Source: an uncultured Acidobacteriota bacterium | Lineage (GTDB): Bacteria; Acidobacteriota; Blastocatellia; RBC074 | Direction: 5' to 3' | NCBI GenBank assembly: GCA_963796275.1 | Contig: CAWCKY010000004.1 | Coordinates: 1,248,001 to 1,312,000, forward strand | Length of the DNA: 64,000 nucleotides | Notes under the pieces: generated by a model | Databases searched by the model: none | What the model saw: the letters and a program-made list of their open reading frames with translations, nothing else | Told to the model about the DNA's origin: nothing | Program-made: the position numbers and the translations under genes | Shown: positions 10,401-18,341 of the stretch, one piece after another | How the letters are laid out: every line of letters begins with the position of its first letter | Position numbering within the stretch: position 1 is the stretch's first letter

Positions 10401-10695
10401 GAGCGGAACATCACCCAACCTGACGTTCTGGTTGAATATCACGACGAGTGAAACAACCACGACCACGATATTCGACAGATTCTTCGTGGAAGTGCGCAAC
10501 ACATCGGGTACGTTGCTTGCGACGCTGGCTACGTTCAGCAATTTGAACCGATCGTCGGCATCAGGCGTCTACACGTTGCGTGGAGGATATAATCTGGCGA
10601 GTTTCGCGGGACAAACGGTGAGGATCCAGATCCGCGGGACGACTGATTCATCATTGATCACATCATTCCGCGTGGATGATATATCGGTAAGGTAG
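7480..10695 (+). CDS. Secreted S8 protease paralog 2 with an added BACON/Ig-like domain and a C-terminal beta-sandwich
   Basis: Same motifs as paralog 1 (GTSHSTP); extension PSSLSFTATAGG...LNWTA...WLTINPTSG and ELIVDGGFE...FRVDDISVR; ATG at 7480 after AGGAG preferred over ORF start 7453. Confidence 0.9.
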   Translation: MKRSIIFLILPAIVVFLATASALMQGNIRPWLGDRESLNQNIDEPIALPQSQLNQSRTHKLLIDKEDAALYQDLTLRNAIVKEVDYGSFKLVIVDEALVTGGREAMRNMPAVWRDDMNQIYLNGYVVDTSDPQPLGQELPVELRQQKMADALKGSYAPAAGLYTVQFAGPIKEEWFAALEGTGVEVVSYISNNAYIVRADNRAAFGLWQLKTQHPFVQYLGDYQPAFRLSSELRATLALGNSGYIRVTVQFLNGQDAQPAIEFLKNNALQFIGESRVMHYHNVSVTIPVSQLAELASNENVIGIEPYAERRRLDEAQGQIVAGNLTGNSPSAPGYLTWLGGRGFNSSQFTTFSVNVADDAYSLTGHPDLPTGRIAFQNNATSQTGAQGGHGFLNAHIVGGFNSGTGSALEDANGFNYGLGIAPWARVGVTAIFGNGASSPTSWENTAYSQGARISSNSWGFINLFRYDANAQEFDRIVRDAQSGAAGLQQLAVVFAAGNDGSGSNTVSSPGTAKNVITVGASENVRTTGSDGCGIGNTGADSANDIISFSSRGPVNSSGGDGRVKPDIVAPGTHIEAGIPQSNYNGSSVCNQFFPPGQSLYGWSSGTSHSTPAVAGGAALVYQDFINKGLGTPSPAMVKAVLMNSATYMTGTGAGGNLPSNSQGMGRMNLGRTFDTTPRMLVNQTQLLTATGQTYQATGTVVSSSQPFRVTLAWTDAPGPITGAPWVNNLDLEVTIGGQTYRGNVFSGANSAIGGTADIRNNAESVFLPAGVSGNFTATVRATNIAGDGVPGNGDTTDQDFALVVYNANAGGSASPAIGVNPSSLSFTATAGGANPSNQTISIMNTGAGTLNWTATENGSWLTINPTSGTAPSTMTASVSISGLAAGTYNASITISSSGATNSPVIVPVTLTVNATGGNELIVDGGFEGTSNPWVLSGQALRSTGAFPRSGIGYLILNGTDSSSGSAYQTIAIPSGTSPNLTFWLNITTSETTTTTIFDRFFVEVRNTSGTLLATLATFSNLNRSSASGVYTLRGGYNLASFAGQTVRIQIRGTTDSSLITSFRVDDISVR

Positions 10696-10712
10696 GTAGT
10701 ATCGGGAAAATG

Positions 10713-10756
10713 AAAAGGCAAAAAGGGCAAAATTTAGTTTGTTCTTTTTGCCTTTT
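10713..10756. terminator. Hairpin between convergent genes, probable bidirectional terminator
   Basis: aaaaggcaaaaagggcaaa / tttgttctttttgcctttt inverted arms. Confidence 0.55.
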
Positions 10757-10762
10757 TGTCCC

Positions 10763-11023
10763 CTAACCTCCGCTCAATGCCTGAAGAATATGCACTTCGT
10801 CCGACGATTGCAGCGGCGCGTCTAAACTCCACACCTGTTCGCCGTTGATGAAGATCCGCATGTGCGGTCGAACATGATCCTGCTCGTCTATCATGCGAAA
10901 TCGGATTCCGGGAAACTGCCGGTTCAGGTCATCGAGCATCTCCGAGACAGTAGTACCTCCCGCATCGACCTCTTTGAGCTGATTCGTGTAAGAGAGCAAA
11001 GGACTGGGAATATTCACTTTCAT
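10763..11023 (-). CDS. MoaD/ThiS-family ubiquitin-like (beta-grasp) protein
   Basis: 86 aa; MKVNIPSPL...LNRQFPG...RIFING...; ends ALSGG. Confidence 0.9.
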   Translation of the reverse strand: MKVNIPSPLLSYTNQLKEVDAGGTTVSEMLDDLNRQFPGIRFRMIDEQDHVRPHMRIFINGEQVWSLDAPLQSSDEVHILQALSGG

Positions 11024-12171
11024 TTTCCAAGTTCAGCGGCCTCCACCGCATAGATCTGCGGGAGATGGCGAGCTATGCAGCCCCACTTCTCGCCTTCATT
11101 CGTGCTCGCCCAGACCTCTCCACACGTTGTTCCAAAGTAGATTCCCACGGGCTCATGAGCATCGGCTGTCATCGCCTGGCGGAAGACCGTGAACCAGGAC
11201 TCGCCGGCCGGTAGACCGTTGTCCTGGCGCTGCCACTTCTTGCCAGAATTTCGCGTAACGTAAGCCGCCGGCTTCCCTCCCGGACTCGTGCGCGGCCAGA
11301 CCTGCGTACCATCCATCGGAAAGACCCAAACCGTTTTCGGGTCGCGCGGATGCAGGACGATCGGGAACCCGATATCGCCTACAGCTTTCGGCATCTTTTC
11401 GCCGATCCGTTCCCAACGCCCTTCGGCGCGATCCATGCGATAGATGCCACAATGATTCTGCTGATACAAAACGTCCGGCTCAAGCGGGTGCAATCGCATG
11501 CAATGCGGATCGTGGCCGTATTCGGTATCGGGCGTCGGCAAAAAGTCCGCCTGACAACCGGCGTTGAGCGGTCTCCAATCAGCGCCTCTGTTCGTGCTTT
11601 CAAATACTCCGCCGCTCGACATGCCGATATAGATGTGTTCCGGATCGCGCGGATCGATATTGATCGAGTGCATCTTCGGCCCGTCAGGAGTGCCATCCTG
11701 CTCTCCTCCCGTCCAGGCGCCCCGCATCGGATGGTCGTTAAATCCGTTCACCGACTCCCAGCTATCTCCACCGTCCTCTGTCCGAAATAATCCTTGTGGA
11801 GATGTTCCCGCGTACCAGACTTTCGGTTCGCGCGCATGCCCCGGCGTGAGCCAGAAAACGTGATCCACTACACGCCCCTTCTCTCCCTCCGGCGCTTTGG
11901 CAAACGCGGGCGGTTTTGCCGCCTCCTTCCATGTTTTTCCGAGATTGGTGGAACGAAACACAGTCGGCCCTAGATGACCCGTTTTGGCCGCCATCAGCAT
12001 CGTGCGCCGGTCACGCGTATCGAGGACGACATGATGAATCATGTTTCCGAGAAAAATCGGACTGCTGACCTCCCAATTGCGCCGTTTGGTGTCAGACTTA
12101 AGTATGAATGCGCCCTTCTTGCTGGCTATGAGTAAGGCAACTACCCCAGTTTCGGGCCCGGTCAATGACAT
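11020..12171 (-). CDS. BNR/Asp-box repeat beta-propeller (sialidase-like), no signal peptide
   Basis: Asp-boxes STNLGKTW, TEDGGDSW, STNRGADW, TRNSGKKW, STNEGEKW; ATGA overlap with the Ubl gene. Confidence 0.88.
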   Translation of the reverse strand: MSLTGPETGVVALLIASKKGAFILKSDTKRRNWEVSSPIFLGNMIHHVVLDTRDRRTMLMAAKTGHLGPTVFRSTNLGKTWKEAAKPPAFAKAPEGEKGRVVDHVFWLTPGHAREPKVWYAGTSPQGLFRTEDGGDSWESVNGFNDHPMRGAWTGGEQDGTPDGPKMHSINIDPRDPEHIYIGMSSGGVFESTNRGADWRPLNAGCQADFLPTPDTEYGHDPHCMRLHPLEPDVLYQQNHCGIYRMDRAEGRWERIGEKMPKAVGDIGFPIVLHPRDPKTVWVFPMDGTQVWPRTSPGGKPAAYVTRNSGKKWQRQDNGLPAGESWFTVFRQAMTADAHEPVGIYFGTTCGEVWASTNEGEKWGCIARHLPQIYAVEAAELGK

Positions 12172-12393
12172 AACATACTCCTTTTATTGATATATTCATT
12201 GATTGATTGCTATCCCTGAAAGGCTGTTTTGCGAAAGGCTGTTTTGCATTGTGACTTTCATGGCCGGCAGTATAACACAAGCGACGGCGTTTCGGATATG
12301 AAATTCATAAGTATTGCGCAAATGAGAATAAGTAATTTGATTGGCGCGGAAAAGCTGCTGGTAAAGTCGCAGGAGAGGTGGAATGGGAAACAG

Positions 12394-12597
12394 TTATTTT
12401 GCCGAGGCTGCAATGAGCATCAATCCGGCGAGCAGTCCGATGAGGAATAACCCCCACAGAGTAGTCATTCCCGGGCCCTGAGCGAGGCTGTCGTTTTTTC
12501 CGATCGCGCGGATGAAGAGCGCAACGCCGGAAGCACCGCCCAAAAGAAGCAACCCGATGCCAACCCAATAAAGGACAAAAGCGACAGTAGTATTCAT
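12394..12597 (-). CDS. Small two-TM hypothetical membrane protein
   Basis: 67 aa with two hydrophobic segments; AGGAG RBS upstream. Confidence 0.6.
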   Translation of the reverse strand: MNTTVAFVLYWVGIGLLLLGGASGVALFIRAIGKNDSLAQGPGMTTLWGLFLIGLLAGLMLIAASAK

Positions 12598-12894
12598 CGA
12601 ATCTCCTGTGGAAATAGTGGGTAGCAGGCAGTGGCCGAGGGCTAAATATTCGGCAACGATCTCAAATAATTATCAATAAACCGCTACACACTTTGGTTTG
12701 TTTACGGGTGCCGTCGAGAGACAAGGACGCCCATTTATTTTGTTTGATGTAGACACAAAGGGCCAAAGTAGCAAAGGGACAAAGTCGCTTAATTTGTCTG
12801 CCTTGACCCTTTGATTCTTTGACCCCTAGTATTGAACCCGTTAAATAATCGGCTGTTTTTGTGAACCTTGCAAAAAAATTTAAGCCCTTCTCTT

Positions 12895-13512
12895 TCAGCT
12901 CTGATGCTCAGGATGCGTGCAGCCTTTAAACTCTTTCAGGTAGGTGTTGCCTTTATATTGCAGTTCCTTTTTGATGCCGATCTCGGACGTGTAGTACCCG
13001 TCGATAGTCATGTTCTTAATCGCCCTGAAGAAACGCTCTTCCAACGTCTGAGGTTTCATCTCGTTTTTGCTGATCTCGGTCAGCATGGCGATCTGCTGTT
13101 CATTGGACGCCTTGTTGAACGAAAGCTGGTATTTCTCGTTACTGAGCTTATCCATCGCAGCGAGACCGTTAGTCCAGAGATTTTTCGTTTCGGCCGGGGA
13201 CTCGCTCACCATTAGGTCGGTGAATTCGGGTACTTCGGCGGCTACGGCACCCGGAGAATGATCGTCGGTTGGAATGATCAGATCGGAGATTGTGGCAATC
13301 ATGGCCATCTGCTCTGGTTTGAAGAATTTCGCCTTTGTTGCGGATTGCTTCTTCTGCGCAGACTTGGCGGATGTCTGAGCGTGGCCTTCATGCCCGCTTT
13401 CTCCCTTCTGTGCGAGGACGTTGGTATTAAGCACCGGGAGACTTGTGCCCAATCCTACGGCGATCCCCTTCAAGGCGTCGCGGCGAGAAACATTGTTATT
13501 ATCTTCTGACAT
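12895..13512 (-). CDS. Gluconate 2-dehydrogenase subunit 3 family protein (Tat-exported)
   Basis: SRRDALKG twin-arginine signal; IIPTDDHSPGA, FFRAIKNMTIDGYYTSEIG. Confidence 0.85.
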   Translation of the reverse strand: MSEDNNNVSRRDALKGIAVGLGTSLPVLNTNVLAQKGESGHEGHAQTSAKSAQKKQSATKAKFFKPEQMAMIATISDLIIPTDDHSPGAVAAEVPEFTDLMVSESPAETKNLWTNGLAAMDKLSNEKYQLSFNKASNEQQIAMLTEISKNEMKPQTLEERFFRAIKNMTIDGYYTSEIGIKKELQYKGNTYLKEFKGCTHPEHQS

Positions 13513-13543
13513 GATTTTGCCTCACTCTGATTTAAATTCGGTC

Positions 13544-14365
13544 TTACTGGTTAGGTTTATCCTTCTTTTCAAGCTTTTCCGGCTCTTGTTTTTCCTGGCC
13601 TTTGTCTGACGGGCCTTTATTTTTCTTTGACGAACCTTTCTTCTTCAGATCTTCTTTCTTCTCTTCCTTCTTCGGTTCATCCTTCTTCACCTCGTGCTCA
13701 TCATGATGATGCTCTTCAGCTTTTGCCTCACCAGTCTTCAGCTCTCCCTTTTTCTCCTTATCATCCTCACCTTTTTTGCCGGAGTTATCATGATCGCTTT
13801 TGTTTTCGTCGTGATGATGCTTCTCATCTTCTACTTTTGCGTCTTTAGCCGCCTTCTCGTCCTTTTCTACTTTTGCGTCTTTAGCGGCCTTCTCGTCCTT
13901 TTCTACTTTTGCGTCCTTAGCGGCCTTCTCGTCCTTTTCTACTTTTGCGTCCTTAACGGTGTTCTCGTCTACATGCTCATCCTTAGCGGGTTTCTCGTCA
14001 GCGGATTTCTCGTCTTTTGCAGCTGTATTCGCGTCCTTGGCTTCGGTCTCGGTCTTTTCATCTGTTTTAGGTTTCTCGTCCGCAACTACATCTTTCTTTT
14101 CGCCCTCTTTGTACTCGGCCAGCCACGCGACGTCAATAGCATCTGCGCTGCGTCGCTCTTTTTCCTTAATCAGCCAATTCCCACGATCGTTCCAGCCTTC
14201 ACCGCCGGTGGGTTGTGTGTGACAGAACGTGCAATTTTTCGCCCCGAACTTCGCCGACTGGCGCAGATAGGCGGGATACGCCTTCGTCTTGATCGACGCT
14301 CCCAGCAACCCGCCCAACAATAGAATTGCAATCGAAACTTTGATCAGGTCTTTATATTTAGCCAT
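13544..14365 (-). CDS. Exported mono-heme c-type cytochrome with a long Lys/Glu/Asp/His-rich repetitive tail
   Basis: Signal peptide, single CTFCH, then about 185 low-complexity residues. Confidence 0.75.
   Translation of the reverse strand: MAKYKDLIKVSIAILLLGGLLGASIKTKAYPAYLRQSAKFGAKNCTFCHTQPTGGEGWNDRGNWLIKEKERRSADAIDVAWLAEYKEGEKKDVVADEKPKTDEKTETEAKDANTAAKDEKSADEKPAKDEHVDENTVKDAKVEKDEKAAKDAKVEKDEKAAKDAKVEKDEKAAKDAKVEDEKHHHDENKSDHDNSGKKGEDDKEKKGELKTGEAKAEEHHHDEHEVKKDEPKKEEKKEDLKKKGSSKKNKGPSDKGQEKQEPEKLEKKDKPNQ
13829..13955. repeat. 36-bp coding tandem repeat (about 3.5 copies) encoding KDAKVEKDEKAA
   Basis: Units beginning ttctacttttgcgtc at 13829, 13865, 13901, 13937. Confidence 0.95.
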
Positions 14366-14403
14366 TCGAATAAATTTCCCTCGGTTTATATTTGCCGTTT
14401 ATC

Positions 14404-14655
14404 TTACTCGTCGCGCGCCAGAAGCCTGCGGAAAAGTTGGCGACGACCAGGGTCCTGCGGCGCGAGCAGCACCTGTGAAAAGCATTGCGCAGCGACTCGC
14501 TGCAGATCATCAAGCCATTCTTGTCCGATGAGATGGAACCTCCCCTCCTCAGGCTCGAGCTTGCGATCCGGGAATTGATACTCCCACTCAACGAATACGG
14601 CATCGCGCCAGAATTCGTTACGTCCAATGATCTCGACCCGAATGCGGCGTTCCAT
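14404..14655 (-). CDS. Hypothetical protein
   Basis: 83-aa ORF co-oriented directly upstream of the heme protein; globular-looking composition. Confidence 0.55.
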   Translation of the reverse strand: MERRIRVEIIGRNEFWRDAVFVEWEYQFPDRKLEPEEGRFHLIGQEWLDDLQRVAAQCFSQVLLAPQDPGRRQLFRRLLARDE

Positions 14656-14812
14656 CTATCAAAATTATTATATTGGATGATAAGCGTTTCGTTTCATAGC
14701 CCGCAAGGGATTCGGCTATCTCCAGCGAACGTGAATCTTAATCGCGCTCCCCGTTACATACAAGTAAACAAGTCTGAGAGAGATTCGCCATAAATTTTGT
14801 GGCGCATCCCAT

Positions 14813-14850
14813 CGTCCGTTTCCGGACAGACCGCTGTTCACACGCGCACA
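14813..14850 (+). promoter_or_regulatory. Putative tandem enhancer sites for an NtrC-family activator
   Basis: CGTCCGTTTCCGGACA (palindromic GTCCG-N4-CGGAC) and TGTTCACACGCGCACA, 22 bp apart, 55-90 bp upstream of a -24/-12 promoter. Confidence 0.55.
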
Positions 14851-14903
14851 ATCTCTTCATATTAATAATCCTAAAAAGTAGGTTTCACAGCCATTTTAGG
14901 CTA

Positions 14904-14919
14904 TTGGCCCGCCATTTGC
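14904..14919 (+). promoter_or_regulatory. Sigma54 (-24/-12) promoter of the ABC exporter operon
   Basis: TTGGCCCGCCATTTGC matches TGGCAC-N5-TTGC with correct GG/GC spacing; operon encodes a sigma54 activator. Confidence 0.75.
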
Positions 14920-14942
14920 CACTCAAACATGGGGGATTGAAG

Positions 14943-16190
14943 ATGGATCGCGAAATCGAAATTTCATTCCGAAGAAGACGGATGCTGCGGCGTATGGCTT
15001 CGGCCACAGGTCTCGCGGCCGCGGCCGCTGCCGCCTTTATCTGGGGGCCGCGTCTTATCGAGCCTTCAATCGCACGCGCCCGTATACGCACGGCCCGCGT
15101 CGATGCCGGCCGAATCGAGGCGACTATCACGGCATCTGGGATTGTGCTGCCCGAGTTCGAGCAGGTGATCTCTTCGCCGGTCAACGCGCGTGTGCTTAAG
15201 ATACGCGAACGCCCAGGCGCGATCCTCTCAAAAGGCGAAGCGATCATCCAACTCGATCTCAACGAATCGATTCTGGCCATTGAAAAACTGAATAAACAAG
15301 TAGAGCTCAAAGGAAACGAGCAGGCGCGGGAGAAGCTGGCTCTCGAAAATACGCTGATCGATCTGCAGGGCCGTTGGGACATCAAGAACCTCGAATATAG
15401 ATCTGCGAAAGCCTCCGCTTCGCGCAACCGCACGCTGTTCCGACAAGGATTGTTGTCGGAAGAGCGCCTGCGTGAGTTCGAATTGATTGAAGAGAAGGCC
15501 GCCTTCGAGCTCAAGCAACTCGAGGAAACGAAGCGCAACGCACAGCAGTCAACCAGGACGCAACTCGAGGGTTTAGCGCTCGAAATGAAGACTCTGGAAG
15601 GAGAGCGTAATGAAGCGCGGCGGCAGTTGGAACTTGCCACGACCAAATCGGACCGCGATGGCGTCCTGACGTGGGTCATCAGCGAAGAGGGCTCGACGGT
15701 GCAAAAGGGCGCGTTGCTCGCACGCATCGCGGACCTCGGCTCATTTCGGGTCGAAGCCACAGTCTCGGATGTCCATGCGAGCCGTCTGTCCGCCGGCCTT
15801 CCGGTGAAAGTGAAGCTCAATGATGCGATATCGCTCGCCGGCTCGGTCGCGCGCGTCAACCCGACCGTGACCAACGGGGTGATGACACTGGTCGTCAATC
15901 TAGATGACAAATCGAACCCGCAATTGCGTGCGAACCTGCGCGTCGACGTCTTGATCGAGACTGACCGCAAAGAGAGAGCCCTGCGCATAAAGAGAGGGCC
16001 GTTCGCTAACGGCGAAGGGTCGACCGATGTCTTTGTGATTCGCGGCGATGCAGCGATCAGGACACAAGCGCGCTTCGGCATCTCAAGCGCCGATCACTTC
16101 GAGGTTATTCAGGGATTGCTGGAAGGCGATGAAGTAGTCATCTCCGATATGACCGACTTCATGCACGTCAAGGAAGTGAGGTTGAGATGA
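14943..16190 (+). CDS. Efflux periplasmic adaptor (HlyD/MacA-like membrane fusion protein)
   Basis: N-terminal TM, lipoyl-like halves and coiled coil, GLLEGDEVV; ATG 14943 fits the sigma54 promoter better than ORF start 14799. Confidence 0.88.
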   Translation: MDREIEISFRRRRMLRRMASATGLAAAAAAAFIWGPRLIEPSIARARIRTARVDAGRIEATITASGIVLPEFEQVISSPVNARVLKIRERPGAILSKGEAIIQLDLNESILAIEKLNKQVELKGNEQAREKLALENTLIDLQGRWDIKNLEYRSAKASASRNRTLFRQGLLSEERLREFELIEEKAAFELKQLEETKRNAQQSTRTQLEGLALEMKTLEGERNEARRQLELATTKSDRDGVLTWVISEEGSTVQKGALLARIADLGSFRVEATVSDVHASRLSAGLPVKVKLNDAISLAGSVARVNPTVTNGVMTLVVNLDDKSNPQLRANLRVDVLIETDRKERALRIKRGPFANGEGSTDVFVIRGDAAIRTQARFGISSADHFEVIQGLLEGDEVVISDMTDFMHVKEVRLR

Positions 16191-16302
16191 CCGGGGAATC
16201 AGTGCCGCGTGCATAAATTCAACATACAAGCGAGCGAGGCTTCATCAACGGCCGATCGATAACTACTCGCTCGCTTGCGGTACTGATTCCCCGGTCATCT
16301 CA
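16183..16302. repeat. REP/REPIN-like inverted repeat
   Basis: 26-bp arms tgagatgaccggggaatcagtgccgc / gcggtactgattccccggtcatctca (1 mismatch) plus inner caagcgagcgag / ctcgctcgcttg; related to the 46671 element. Confidence 0.8.
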
Positions 16303-16389
16303 GCTCTCAAAGAAGGACCAATTATGATCCACCACACAAGAACACAAACTGCAATTCAACCGACAGACGTGCAACAGGGGATAACAAAC

Positions 16390-17058
16390 ATGATCCACCT
16401 AGAAGGAGTCGAAAAAGTCTACCGCACGGACAAGATCGAGACCGTAGCTCTTACCAACCTCAATCTATCGGTTCGGGCGGGCGAGTTCATCTCGATCATG
16501 GGGCCGTCAGGATCGGGGAAAAGTACACTGCTAAATGTCATCGGCCTGCTCGATGTGCCTACGGGCGGTAAAGTACGCATCAACGACCAGCCGGTAACTT
16601 CGTATAGCGACCGGCATCTATCACATATCCGTAACGAAAGCATAGGGTTCATCTTTCAAACTTTCCACCTGATCAATGATCTGAGCGTCGTCGACAATGT
16701 AGATATCCCGCTCCTCTACCGCCGCGGGCTGTCGGGATCGGAACGCCGCAAGCTCGCGCTGCGCGCGCTCGACCGGGTGGGACTGCATGCGCGCGTGCAT
16801 CACTATCCATCCCAACTCTCCGGAGGGCAGCAACAGCGCGTCGCCATTGCCCGCGCCATCGCCGGCAATCCGCGCATCCTGCTCGCCGATGAGCCGACCG
16901 GCAACCTCGACAGCCAGATGGGTGATGAAATCATGGAAGTGCTGAAAGGTCTCAACAGAGACGAAGGGACGACCATCGTGATGGTGACTCACGATCCGCG
17001 CCTGTCGCAGCAGACCGAACGGATCGTGCGGTTGTTCGACGGCCGGCAGGTCAATTGA
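16390..17058 (+). CDS. ABC transporter ATP-binding protein (MacB/LolD-like)
   Basis: [38 protein letters not shown]. Confidence 0.95.
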   Translation: MIHLEGVEKVYRTDKIETVALTNLNLSVRAGEFISIMGPSGSGKSTLLNVIGLLDVPTGGKVRINDQPVTSYSDRHLSHIRNESIGFIFQTFHLINDLSVVDNVDIPLLYRRGLSGSERRKLALRALDRVGLHARVHHYPSQLSGGQQQRVAIARAIAGNPRILLADEPTGNLDSQMGDEIMEVLKGLNRDEGTTIVMVTHDPRLSQQTERIVRLFDGRQVN

Positions 17059-17081
17059 TTATCGGTTATCGGTCTACGGCT

Positions 17082-18341
17082 ATGCTCAAAAACTATCTCA
17101 AAATCGCCTTCAAAGTTTTTTTGCGCAGAAAATTCTTCACTTTCGTCAGCCTGTTCGGCATCAGTTTCACGCTGATGGTGCTGATGGTTGCGGCAGCATT
17201 CTTCGACCATATCTTTGGAGAGCACCCACCGGAGAGGAAACAGAGCCGCACAATCGGCGTTCTCCACATGCAGATGGAAGGTCCTGATGGCAGAACGACT
17301 GGCCAGCCTGGTTACGGATTCCTCGACCGCTACGTACGGACGCTACCGAACGTTGAAAAGGTATCCTTGTCTACCGAGCCAGAAATGGTCCATTCATACA
17401 AGACCGGCGAGAAGATCCCTTTGTACATCAAACGCACAGATGGCGAGTTCTGGCAGATTATGGAATTCAGTTTCCTCGAAGGCGGCCCCTTCACCGCGGA
17501 TGACGACAGGAATGCGAACTTCGTCGCCGTGATCAACGACGCGACACGGAAGAAGTTCTTCGGCGACGAATCGGCAATCGGCAAAACCATCGAAGCCGAC
17601 GGTCAAAACTTCCGCGTCACCGGTGTGGTACCCAATGTGCCATTTTTGCGTCATGTTCCTTTCGCTGACATCTGGGTTCCGATCAACACGATCAAGAACG
17701 ATAACTACAAGAAGTACCTGATGGGCAACTTTATTGGCTTGATCCTGGCCCGATCGGCCGCCGACTTTCCGGCAATCAGGGAGGAGTTCCAGGCGAGACT
17801 GCAGCAGATCGAATTTCCCGATCCCAGGGAGTATAACCGCATGCGCGGCACGCCCGAGACCTTCTTTGATTCAGTGGCGCGCGAAATGTTCCGCGGGTAT
17901 CGAGATCCTTCAAAGATATATTCCGGAAGACTGTGGGCAGCGATCGCCATAGCGACGCTGCTGTTTATGCTGCTGCCGACGGTGAACCTGATCAACATCA
18001 ACGTCAGCCGCATTATGGAGCGGGCGAGCGAAATCGGCGTTCGCAAAGCTTTCGGCGCCTCTTCCTGGACACTGGTCGGACAATTCGTCATTGAAAACGT
18101 ACTGCTGACGCTGGCCGGTGGAGTCCTCGGGTTTATCCTCTCGCTTTTCGTGTTGCACGCGATCTCGTTCAGTGACTGGATTCCACACGCAGAATTTCGC
18201 GTGAACTACCGCATATTTCTCTATGGGTTGGGACTGGCAATTTTCTTTGGATTATTTTCGGGCGTCTATCCGGCCTGGAAGATGTCGCGGTTGCATCCGG
18301 TACAGGCATTGAAGGGCGCGATGTCAGGAGGTATGCGATGA
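17082..18341 (+). CDS. ABC transporter permease (MacB/FtsX family)
   Basis: MLKNYLKIA start, periplasmic domain, ERASEIGVRKAFGA, YPAWKMSRLHPVQAL. Confidence 0.92.
   Translation: MLKNYLKIAFKVFLRRKFFTFVSLFGISFTLMVLMVAAAFFDHIFGEHPPERKQSRTIGVLHMQMEGPDGRTTGQPGYGFLDRYVRTLPNVEKVSLSTEPEMVHSYKTGEKIPLYIKRTDGEFWQIMEFSFLEGGPFTADDDRNANFVAVINDATRKKFFGDESAIGKTIEADGQNFRVTGVVPNVPFLRHVPFADIWVPINTIKNDNYKKYLMGNFIGLILARSAADFPAIREEFQARLQQIEFPDPREYNRMRGTPETFFDSVAREMFRGYRDPSKIYSGRLWAAIAIATLLFMLLPTVNLININVSRIMERASEIGVRKAFGASSWTLVGQFVIENVLLTLAGGVLGFILSLFVLHAISFSDWIPHAEFRVNYRIFLYGLGLAIFFGLFSGVYPAWKMSRLHPVQALKGAMSGGMR

Noticed and set aside
13829-13955. 36-bp repeats as a possible CRISPR array
   Set aside because: The units are contiguous with no spacers, are in frame within a CDS, and no cas genes are present
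14885-16081. Long antisense ORFs (also 3134-3919, 13694-14323, 42497-43378, 49672-50796, 50801-51868, 58726-59766)
   Set aside because: They are shadow frames of well-supported genes on the opposite strand, common in GC-rich DNA, with no recognisable motifs
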